A stretch of 64,000 bases of DNA from Octopus sinensis (Eukaryota): assembly GCF_006345805.1 (NCBI RefSeq), contig NC_042999.1:9982001-10046000 (forward strand). The letters run 5' to 3'. The translations under genes were made by a program, and so were the position numbers. Below the pieces are notes generated by a model. It ran no database searches, was not told where the DNA came from, and was given only the letters and a program-made list of their open reading frames with translations. The first letter of the stretch is position 1; every line of letters starts with the position of its first letter. This document shows positions 52,903-64,000 of this stretch, one piece after another.

Positions 52903-54008
52903 AATATTTTTTGTATCATGTAATTTCCCTTGTGCTGCTTGTAAATAATTAATTTTTGCTATTCTTGATTTTCTTCTGGAGTAGAAGTAATAATTCAATG
53001 TACAATTTAAACGAGGGAAGGAACATTTGAATCCAGTTAAAGTTTAGTTTTGAGTATTGCAGGGATTTAGGAAAAGGTTTTCCCCCCTCTTCATCTGTAT
53101 GAATCTAATGTAAAACAAAGCAAGGATCAAATCTAATTAACTCTTTTGATAACAACACACCCGTTGCCAGCCTCGTCTGGCACCTGTGCATGTGGCACGT
53201 AAAAAGCACCCACTACACTCACGGAGTGGTTGGCGTTAGGAAGGGCATCCAGCTGTAGAAACACTGCCAGATCAGACTGGAGCCTGGTGCAGCCTTCTGG
53301 CTTCCCAGATCCCCGGTCGAACCGTCCAACCCATGCTAGCATGGAGAACGGACGTTAAACGATGATGATGATGACACCCAACACTGCCCCGGTTTATCAT
53401 AATCCTCATTGTTTAACATCCATTTCCCATGCTGGCGTGGGTTGGACACTTTGACAGGAGTTGGCCAGCAGCCAGAAAGCTGCCCAGACTCCAGTTATCA
53501 GTTCTATGATTTTAACTACCAAAGAACCCACTTAATGATGAAAATTAATTAAATGTAATGAATTTCGTGTATTTCAACAGAAAAATGATACCAAAAGGGT
53601 TTGAGAAGTATTATGTATTGTTGTTTCTTCTTACTGTTATACTCTTTACTCTTTTACTTTTTTCAGTCATTTGACTGTGGCCATGCTGGAGCACCACCTT
53701 TAAAAGCAAAGCTAGGCTCCAGAGAGATGTAGATTTAGATTTAAGTTTTGATGTCTTTATTTCTCTGTGCTACATGTTAGGATAGTTCTGCTGCTGCTCA
53801 ACAGAATCTTTTTAAATATTTCGACATGATGGAATAATTCCGCAACCCAACAGCATCCTTTTAAGTTTATGTGGTAGAATACTACTTCTGCTGCACAGCA
53901 CTCTTTTGTTGAATCTCTTATCCCGTTTGTCTTAGCTCTACATGGTTCAATGGTTCATGCTCGTTTACAGCCATCACATGATGTCAAGACAAGATTACAC
54001 AATCATAT

Positions 54009-54055
<47 letters not shown>

Positions 54056-54990
54056 CACCCACTACACTCACGGAGTGGTTGGCATTAGGAAGGGCATCCA
54101 GCCGTAGAAACACTGCCAGATCTGACTGGGCCTGATGAAGCCTTCTGGCTTCACAGACCCCAGTTGAACCATCCAACCCATGCTAGCATGGAAAACGGAC
54201 GCTAAACGATGATGATGATGATATATATATAAATTTATAAATATATGTATACACACACACACACACACACACAACAGGTTTCCTCCAATTTCTGTCTTGC
54301 AAATCCACTTACATGGCTTCTGTTGAACCAGGGCCACAATAGAAGATACTCGCCTAAGGTGCCATGCAGTGGGACTGAACCCAAGACCACATGGTTGGGA
54401 GCCATGCTACTTAACCATACAGCTACACCCAGTCTGTCAAAAATCGATAAATCTGGGTAAAATTGGAAGAAATTTCTGTTCATTCTGCTTTCCATGCTGG
54501 CATGGGTTGGACGATTTTGACTGTGGGCTGGCGAACCAGATGGCTGCACCAGGCCCCAATCTTGATCTGGCAGAGTTTCTACAGCTGGATGCCCTTCCTA
54601 ACACCAACCACTCTGCGAGTGTAGTGAGTGCTTTTTACATGCCACCAGCACAGGGGCCAGTCAGGCGATACTGGCAATGACCTCGCTTGAATCTTTTTAC
54701 ACATGCCACTGGCACAGGTGCTAATTATTTCTCAAAAAATTGTGATTTCTGTAATTGTGTGAAATAAAAACTACATCTGTGTAGAAAAGGTCAATAAAAT
54801 TGGAAGAGGTAGTTCGAACCCTTAGTCCTGGTTAGATGGAATGGTCAGAGCTGGAAAGCCTTTGATCATAGATTCACTCAATCTGGGCTGATCTGAGACT
54901 AAACAATAACAACTACCCATTAATAATCACTTTGTTGTTTTAATTAATTTTTCTGCCTTTTGTCATTGTTGTTTGTTTGTTTGTTTTCAG

Positions 54991-55093
54991 ATGTATTAAA
55001 CTGTCCCTGGTCCATGACTTAGCAGAGAGCATTGTCGGAGATCTTGCTCCCTCAGACAATGTCAGCAAACCAGAGAAACGGCGCCGAGAAGAA
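54991..55093 (+). CDS. HDDC2: HDDC2 coding exon 3 (contains the HD motif)
   Basis: ttgttttcAG; CIKLSLVHDLAESIVGDLAPSDNVSKPEKRRREE; donor GTAGGT, phase 0. Confidence 0.96.
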
Positions 55094-55429
55094 GTAGGTG
55101 CTTTCACTTTCTGCTTTACCGTCTAACTTTTACGTATTTGACTGGCCATGCTGGGGCACCGTTTTAAACTGCTTTAGTCAAACAAATCAATCTTCTGAAA
55201 TTAGTTTTTCTTTAAGGTTGGTACTTATTCTGTCAGTCTCTCTTGCTGAGCCGTTAAGTCATAGGTGCATAAGTAAACCAGTGCTGGTCATCAAGCAGTG
55301 GTGGGAGACACATACATATGTATACAACGGGCTTCTTTCAGTTTCTATCAACCAAATCCACTCACAAGGTACTACGATCCAAGGTACTTTTGACTGGGTT
55401 GGTTTTTGTGACACTGGTGTAGGTTACAG

Positions 55430-55775
55430 CTGTGTTGAGAGACCTCCTTCAGTCATGACTGACCGTGGGATTTCACTTAGAAAGTTACCCTCCCAAGCAC
55501 AAGTTCGAGCAAGGTTGTTTATGGAAGACCAGCAATCACCCACGCATACTATGCCTCCCCTCTCCATGCCACTGATGTTATCCAAGGGAAAGGCAACAGC
55601 AGATACAGCTTGGCACCTGAGACGTCGCAATTCATTTCTACAGCTGAGTGAACTGGAACAACGTGAAATAAAGTGCCTTGCTCAAGAACACAGCATGCAG
55701 CCCAGTCCGGTATTCAAACTCACAACCTCACGATCGTAAGCTCGACGCTCTAACCACTGAGCCATGTGCCTTCAC
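55430..55775 (-). mobile_element. tRNA-derived SINE family D
   Basis: Minus head GAAGGCACATGGCTCAGTGGTTAGAGCG...GAGTTTGAATACC, followed by TGTGTTCTTGAGCAAGGCACTT (CORE/V-like central domain). Confidence 0.75.
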
Positions 55776-56349
55776 TACAGCTGTGTACTCACTTTATAAC
55801 AACAACATCAAAAAGTACCTTAGGAATGTGAACTCAGGTTTCAAATTTCCCCAAGATACCTGATGAAGGCTGGAGGGTATATCAACCAAAACAAGATGAG
55901 GACAAATATCCGTCAAATGTAAATAATGTCCATAATTCCTAATCTGAAATATAGAACTGTAAAATGCTTAGTTAAGTGCCGGAATTGGTATATTCAGCAA
56001 TGCTGCTCCCCTAAAATGTATCCCCTTTGTTAGAATGCATTGTTGTTGCTATGGTGATGAGCTGGCAAAATTCTAAGCTGCATTTCATCCGTCTTTACAT
56101 TCTGAATTCAAATTCCAATGAGGTCGACCTATTTTAATGATCCCAAACAGATGAAAAGCTAAGTACCAGTTGTACACTGAGGCTGATGTAAACTTAACCC
56201 ATCCTGTGAAATTACTAGCCTTGTGCCAGAATTTGAAACCCGTATGATAGAAAGTCATTTGGATTATCTTTTTAATCTGTTAATCTCAATTTGAAATTAT
56301 TCTCAGTATCGGTATCTTTTGTCTTTCATTTATGTTTTTCTCCTTGCAG

Positions 56350-56418
56350 ACTGCCATGAATCTGATCAAAGATATGGTTGGTGGTGCTATAGGACAAGAA
56401 TTTCTCCAGCTTTGGCAG
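56350..56418 (+). CDS. HDDC2: HDDC2 coding exon 4
   Basis: tccttgcAG; TAMNLIKDMVGGAIGQEFLQLWQ; donor GTTTGT; phase 0/0. Confidence 0.92.
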
Positions 56419-57441
56419 GTTTGTAATTTCATACTTTTAGGGTCAATATAAATAGGTACTTACGCAAACACTGGGGCCAATGCAATTAGCTAAACGCCCC
56501 CTCTCTCTCTAAAATTCCTGACCTTGCCCCATAATTTGTAACCATTAGTAGTAGTAGGAGGAGGATAGCAGAGTAGTGGAAGCAGCAATATACTAAAGGA
56601 AGGTAATTAGATTCATTCTTCTACATCCTGAGCGAAAATCCTGCTTTAGCTACCGTTACCATTGATCTCATCATCATCATCGTTTAACGTCCACTTTCCA
56701 TGCTAGCATGGGTTAGACGATTTGACAGATGGCTGCACCAGACTCCAATCTTGATCTGGCAGAGTTTCTACAGCTGGATGCCCTTCCTAATGCCCTGCGG
56801 TTGGTCAAATAAATCCCAGTCAATTTTACAGGGATACCTCTGTATCTTGTTTGAGTGTATCGTTCGAAACTAAGTGTAAGTGCCATCATCATTTTATGTC
56901 TTCTTTGTTCCCTGCTGGCACAGGTTGGATGGGATGACAGGCCCTGATGAGGCCAAAGACTGCATCTTGCTTCAATATCTGCTTTGCTATGGTCCCTATA
57001 GCTCAATGCCCTCTCTAATGCCAACCGTTTTATAGCACAGATTGGGTACTTTTTTCTTGCATGGTACCAGCACTAGTGAAGTTGCCAAGGCCATGCAGCC
57101 TCTGCAAGACTAAGATCCCTTTGGACTGAATAGGGGGCGCTCCAGTAATAACAAAAGCAGTTTTATGCTAGGGTAATGGAGGGGAAATGCAAGAGAAGGG
57201 ACCAGAGCTAGTTTGTTGCTGTTGAGGTGCTACGTGTCTGCTTATAGAATAGAGGGTGTCAGAGTGGACCCACAAGATATGAAACAGGGACAGCAGAACA
57301 GGGGAGTGTGTGTAGAGGAGAGAGAAAGAGAGGGTTAGAAATGTTCCCCTCTTGGCTGATAACACCATAATTTATTCAGTCACCCTCTTGTATCATCTTT
57401 GGTCTATTTGTTTCCTTTGTTTTGGATGTCTCTTTATATAG

Positions 57442-57580
57442 GAGTATGAAAATGTATCGAGCAAAGAGGCTGAATATGTCAAAGATCTGGACAAATTTGA
57501 AATGGTGCTGCAAGCTTATGAATATGAACAACTTGATCGAAAACCAAAATCCCTTCAAGAATTTTTTGATAGCACTAAAG
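57442..57580 (+). CDS. HDDC2: HDDC2 coding exon 5
   Basis: tctttatatAG; EYENVSSKEAEYVKDLDKFEMVLQAYEYEQLDRKPKSLQEFFDSTK(G); donor GTAAGG, phase 1. Confidence 0.96.
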
Positions 57581-57699
57581 GTAAGGACCAAAAACTGTTT
57601 CGTTATGGTCCACTTGTGTTAATACTCATCATAACCTAGTATGTCTATCTATTTACATTCATATCCATATGCCTACATACATTTGCAAACACCCACACC

Positions 57700-59220
57700 C
57701 ACATCTATCTACATAACAGCCAACAAACTATTCTACTCTACCTGTGGGTATGGTGGTATGATATCTACTACATATATTTCCTATTTAGTACTGATGATGT
57801 TTCGTTTATGAGGACATACTCCTGTATTTGTCTGAGTGTTGGGTCCTTTGGGTGCTTGGATAAAATGCAGATGTCAAGTTGACTCAGGTTGCCTCCATGT
57901 TGGTAGAGTATGGAGGACTGTTTTCTGTCGTCATATTGTCTCAGATGTTCATTTATCCGTTCCACAATGCTCCCAGACGTCTCCCCTATGTACATCATGT
58001 TCATGTCTTTACAAGCACCTTCTATGCATCTTATGCTGTAAACTACATTTCTAGTTCTACAGTTAATGCCAGGGCTAATCCTACAATATCATGCAGTTAT
58101 CATTGGTGCATATGTTATTCTCAAAGGGGTACGTCCTACATAGTTGTGATCTGATGGAGTTCTCTGGCTTTTCAACAATTTTAATGTTGAGTTTGGTCTC
58201 CTTCAGATCTTTTCTAAATCTACGGGTTAGTTCTCCATGGGCTGTGGCCTCTAAAAATATCACTCCTTGATATTTGTCAGTTTTATACCACGTGTTCGCC
58301 CTGTTTGTTTGTCACAAGTTCTTTGTATCCTATTCCATTCTTTGTTTCTATATCTAGGGTTGGTACCACTGGTATCATTATGTATAATGGTATCTAATTT
58401 CTTTCTAGCACCCTTGTATATTCGAACCCTATCTTTCTGATTATATCCAGAGAATTGCATGCGGTGCATCAAGTTCTGTATATGTTTCTTCGTTTCATAG
58501 GGTTCACATAGTGGGGACACGTTGTTCATTGTCCTAACTAGGTCTGCTATCAGTATGTTAATTCTCATGTGTGACAAAGCTGAGTTCTTGTGAACAACAT
58601 ATTTTGAAGTTATGGGTTTCATGTAATAAGAGTGGAAGAGCTTCACTCTATTGTTCACAGTCTTTAACCAAATTTCAGTATCAAGTACAGGGAGTTTATT
58701 GTTGAGGGTGCTTGGTAGAGTAATCTATAGTTACCTTGATACTTTGGTGGATGGAGTTAGCTATTTGCTGGAAGCCTTCCATTACGTTCTTCTCAGTTTC
58801 TACACCACCGTCACTGGAGTTGGTCCTAATTATGATATTAATGTCATCTACATATGTATTGTAGAGTAGAAGAGTTGTGGACCGTTCTGCTAGCACTTGC
58901 TTAAGTTTTCTGTCCCACCAAGTCATGAAGAGGCCAGCCACATCTCCAGCTACACCGACACCGATGGCTGCACCTTGAACCAAGGTGGTTCTTACACTGG
59001 CCCCTATTGCAAGTGCAATTATTTCTTTTACCTGACTGTTTATTCTCAGGGTCTTGGTTGGGTACGGTCCAGCCACTCCAGTGTTCTGCAGTGCTTTTCT
59101 TCACTGCTGAGATGATGGTGGGTGGTCTTCCCCTCTGTGACCTGGTGGGGTAGAATCTACTGAGATCATGGTCGTAGGCCCAGTTCCCTCGTGTTAACCT
59201 CACGGAACTCTACTTTTATA
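57700..59220 (-). mobile_element. Degenerate Penelope-like retroelement (RT + GIY-YIG) in HDDC2 intron 5
   Basis: Frameshifted ORFs: QGAAIG...LYNTYVDDINII (RT), LPVLDTEIW, YYMKP...HKNSA, and YIGETSGSIVERINEH...RQIQE..LN (GIY-YIG endonuclease). Confidence 0.88.
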
Positions 59221-60216
59221 GATTATCTCAATGCATTTCTCCACAGCAAAATCCATACACACACACATAAAAACACAAACATGAATATCATCATCATCAT
59301 CGTTTAACGTCTGTTCTCCATGCTAGCATGGGTTGGACGGTTCGACCGGGGTTCTGGGAAGCCAGAAGGCTGCACCAGGCTCCAGTCTAATCTGGCAATG
59401 TTTCTACAGCTGGATGCCCTTCCTAACGCCAACCACTCCGTGAGTGTAGTGAATATGCAGGCAGAATATATACATACAAACGTACACACATACATATGCG
59501 CTCACACACATACACTCAAACAAACAAAAAGAACGCAGCTTCAATAATGGACAGTCAACTATTGAAAAGGTTGTAAGATGCAACAAAAAATTTAGAAAAA
59601 TAAATGAGTGGAAACTTTACTGGTGAGTGTGTAAAATTATAAGGCACTAAAAGAGAATGACCCTCCCCAGAAAACAACAGGAATTTATTCTTACAGCTAA
59701 ATGAACTGAGGCAACGTAAAATCTTGGGTTTTGTCCTGTACTACTCACTCTAGATTTGAACTTGTGACAAAGTAGTTCACTATTTTATGCACCTCACCAT
59801 TTTGCTTCTCCACCTGTGCATTCTTTTACTCAAATAACTTCAGCGACCATACTAACCCCTTTTCGTTAATTCTATTGCTTGTGTTTTTTTTGTATTTTAA
59901 CATACCATCACATTTTGAATGAAAATAATCGACCATTATTTTTGGTTGATGTTTGACCTTTTTTTGTCAACCAAATTTTGCCTGAAATGCATTGCCTTTG
60001 TTTCAATTAATTTCGGAAATATTGAAGAATTTAGTGAAATAACTTAGTAATTAATCTGGTATTTGGTGAAAGGTTTTAATTTAGATCAATTTAAAACAAG
60101 GAGTTTGTATCAAGGAACCAGGGTCAATCCCAGGTCAGTTGGTATTAAAAGAACTTAAATTTAAAATATATTTTGTTAATAATCGTTAAAAATAAATTTT
60201 GTTTATCCTCTTGCAG

Positions 60217-60287
60217 GTCACTTCACGACTAGACAGGTCCAGAATTGGATGAGTGAGCTGGAAAAAATCCGAGAGAACTCCTCCTAG
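60217..60287 (+). CDS. HDDC2: HDDC2 coding exon 6 (terminal)
   Basis: cctcttgcAG; (G)HFTTRQVQNWMSELEKIRENSS*; AATAAA at 60388-60393. Summed CDS is 570 nt (189 aa + stop). Confidence 0.93.
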
Positions 60288-60626
60288 TCAGTATGTAGGA
60301 AGATATTTATTAAAATGAAAGAAGAAAAATGTTTCAACTTGGTTCTTTTTGTTATTTCTTTTTTATTGTTGATTTCAGAAAATTTTTAATAAACATTTTA
60401 TTTTTAAGAATATTTCTTTTGCTTATTTAAGTTATTTGCATGGCATACTTGTGGAAGGCCTGACCAGTGGTAGTACTGGGTGGTCACTTCTGTATTGAGT
60501 CCTACTCATGAAGCTTCTAAAGTCATGACCACCTGCTAATAATACTGATCATGTCTAGCAGGTCATTGAGGGACATCTTATATTGTCAAAATATATATAT
60601 ATATATTGTAGAAATGTATGTATGTA

Positions 60627-60671
<45 letters not shown>

Positions 60672-61028
60672 GAACGTGTATATATGTATCTGTGTATATG
60701 TACGCATATGCACATATATATGTGTGTGTATGTATATGTAATGTGTATATATATCATTTAATGTCCATTTTCCATGCTAGCATGGGTTGGACAGTTCGAC
60801 CGGGGTCTGGGAAGCGAGGAGGCTGCACCAGGCTCCAGTCTGATCTGGCAGTGTTTCTCTTCCTAACACCAACCATACATATGTATGTATATATGTACGT
60901 GTATATATATGTATATAGATATGGATGTGTATGTATATATGTAAATGTATATGTATGTATCTATGTGTATGTATATGTATGCATGTATATACTTATCTAT
61001 GCATGGATATGTAGGTATATGTGCATAT

Positions 61029-61039
<11 letters not shown>

Positions 61040-61069
<30 letters not shown>

Positions 61070-61455
61070 CATGTATAATGTATATATGAATGTGTATATG
61101 TATATATATGGATATGCATGTGTATGTATGTATATATGTATGTATGGATGTGTATGTATGTGTGTATGCATGTATGATATGTAAGTATATGTATGTGTGT
61201 GTGTGTATATATATATATAGAGAGAGAGGTATATGTGTGTGTATATGTATTTATATATGTATGTGGAGAATTCACAAAAAAAAAAGACGAAGACAGGTGG
61301 TGTAGACAACAAACAGATGTATTATTTTAACATTTTGAGCCTACACTCTTCCACAGAAAGGAACATAGAAATAAGTAGAGAGAAATAAAAAAGGTTTAGT
61401 GGCTAGTGATCTGTCATGGCAAATATAGGTATGTGTGTATGTATATATGTATGTG

Positions 61456-61491
<36 letters not shown>

Positions 61492-61879
61492 CATGTATAA
61501 TGTATATATGAATGTGTATATGTATATATATGGATATGCATGTGTATGTATGTATATATGTATGTATGGATGTGTATGTATGTGTGTATGCATGTATGAT
61601 ATGTAAGTATATGTATGTGTGTGTGTGTGTATATATATATATAGAGAGAGAGGTATATGTGTGTGTATATGTATTTATATATGTATGTGGAGAATTCACA
61701 AAAAAAAAAGACGAAGACAGGTGGTGTAGACAACAAACAGATGTATTATTTTAACATTTTGAGCCTACACTCTTCCACAGAAAGGAACATAGAAATAAGT
61801 AGAGAGAAATAAAAAAGGTTTAGTGGCTAGTGATCTGTCATGGCAAATATAGGTATGTGTGTATGTATATATGTATGTG

Positions 61880-61885
<6 letters not shown>
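61040..61885. repeat. ~424-bp tandem duplication
   Basis: GGAGAATTCACAAAA... recurs at 61265 and 61689 with near-identical flanking microsatellite interruptions. Confidence 0.9.
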
Positions 61886-61916
<31 letters not shown>

Positions 61917-63216
61917 ATATTGTATGTATGCATGCAATATGTGTGTGTGTGTATGTATGTATATATGCACGTATATAAGTATGCATGTAAGTTTGTGTGT
62001 GTGTGTGTAAACGTATTTTTGTAAGTATGTGTAAATATGTATTTGTGTATGTATATATGGATGTATGTGTATATATATATGTGTGTGTATGTATGTGTAT
62101 TAAGTGTATGCAAGTACGTGTATGTATAGGTATGTATGTATATATATGTGTGTGTGTATACATATGTGTGTATATATATATAGATATATAAATGCATACA
62201 TATTATATATATATATATACATACACACACACACACACACACTTCTTTCCAAAAGCAAGGCAATCTCTCCATGTCCAGATGTGTTTTTCCCTGGGGCTGA
62301 AAAACAAATATCATTTCTTGCTCATTTACAACCATCCACAAGAGAAGGTGAGTGTACACACAATCATTACACGTGTTTTGGATTTCTTTTAGTTTCTGTC
62401 TACCACCAATTCTATTCACAAGGCTTTGGTCAGTCACGGCCCTATAGAAACATTTGCCCAAGGTGCTGCACAGTGGGACTGAACCAGAGACCACATGGTT
62501 GGCAAGTAAGTTGAAAGTCACTCCACTGGGAATCCAAACTGCACTGCAACCCTGACATTCCAAGCAAGAATTGTTTGTTAATATTCTACAGTTTAAATTA
62601 GCTTGATTTAAACCTTACCAGCCAATTTTGGTGAAGATTCCTTACAAGTAGTCACAGGGTACTTAGTTTTCCCATTGTGTATTCATCTTTGTCAATATAT
62701 CCTAGAGATGGCAACAACTCCAGAAGATTAGTAACTTCGAGGGTGTTAGATTCATTATTTCTAATAGTTAAAAAGACTTCCTGGTGCATGAGGAACCAAC
62801 TTGGAGTTAGTTTCACAACTTCTGGCATCCGTGTATTTTGAAGTCAAGTCTTTCCTTCTTCCGGGTCTGTATTAAGTTCACTGTTTTGTAGGGAGCCAAA
62901 ACCTGGGCAACAAAGAAAGAAATTCAAGATCACTTTGACAGTATGTACACTAGGCAAGCAAAAGACCGTAAAGGCAATTTGTGGACTCCTTCCAGCCATC
63001 TTTAACTGTTGTTGGTCAATGCAGAGCAGCCACTGCTCACATGCTTAACAACCAGTCATAACCAAGTTATATTTTGGAGACTTCTAAATACAATAAAGTT
63101 CCAACTACATTGAGGTTATTGGCAAACACACACACACACAATATGGTAGTGTTGTGGCCACTGGAAGAAGAATATTTCTTTTTCATTCTGCTCCCGGTTT
63201 TCCCTTTGGCTGCTTG

Positions 63217-63298
<82 letters not shown>

Positions 63299-64000
63299 AC
63301 CAGTTTATTGTTGCAATCAAATGCTTTCTGTTTATACATGTTTACTTTTTGCACCCTCACGCATGCAATGTATAACAAGAAACAAATTATTTTATCATCA
63401 TCATCATCATATAACGTCTGCTTTCCATGCTAGCATGGGTTGGACGATTTGACTGAGGGCTGGCGAACCAGAAGGCCGCACCAGGCTCCAATCTTCATCT
63501 GGCAGAGTTTCTACAGCTGGATGCCCTTCCTAACTCCAACCAATCCAAGAGTGTAGTGGGCGCACGGGGCCAGTCAGGCGGTACTGGCAATGACCTCGCT
63601 CGAATCATATTCGAAACATCAGTATAAATATCAAGTTACTACGTACGTTTCACCATTCCAATTATTTGGAGCTCAGCATTGGTTGTTCCAAGTGTATCTG
63701 GATGTCTAACTGCAATGGATCATCAAGGGAACACTTTATTGATCTTGCGTGGCTGGAATATTTATACAGTTTAGATTTTTTTGGCTTGCCTTGTGGTATG
63801 AGAGGCAAAGGCTAGTTTTTACTATATCACAAGTAAGATAGAAATCTAAACTATATAAGTAAGCATTCTATCCACCCAAGATTAATAATCAAAAGCATAT
63901 CAATCAGGATATCCAACTTATCAACTAAAGAAATCTTTAAGAACACACGGTACTATGATGAGGTCCTACATGGCAGCAGATATAAGAGATCTGGTAGATA

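Noticed and set aside
62790-62925. Possible minus-strand terminal exon after TTCTTTCTTTGTTGCCCAG
   Set aside because: All frames stop within ~30 codons and none is recognisable; more likely decayed repeat.

Overview
Eukaryotic, AT-rich DNA saturated with microsatellites and SINEs. The repeat repertoire points to an octopus or other coleoid cephalopod genome (inference from recalled repeat families, not a search). I reconstructed two spliced housekeeping genes by hand, arranged head-to-head with ATGs about 2.65 kb apart. MRPS28 is on the minus strand (2 coding exons, 39693-39290 and 34465-34333, 178 aa). HDDC2 is on the plus strand (6 coding exons, 42348-60287, 189 aa). All junctions are GT-AG and phase-consistent. 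The rest consists of tRNA-derived SINEs, RTE LINEs, a Penelope-like element, R4/CR1 relics, non-autonomous Helitrons, Merlin-, Tc2- and mariner-type MITEs, simple repeats and a 100-N gap. Two observations stand out. First, several unrelated short repeats, mostly beside microsatellites, carry minimal hammerhead-ribozyme-like cores, and three of them lie inside fold-back inverted repeats. Second, an inverted pair of RTE LINE copies sharing the same private lesions brackets HDDC2 exon 2, predicting a ~1.3 kb intramolecular dsRNA in the pre-mRNA. Most ORFs in the supplied track are microsatellite or SINE artefacts.
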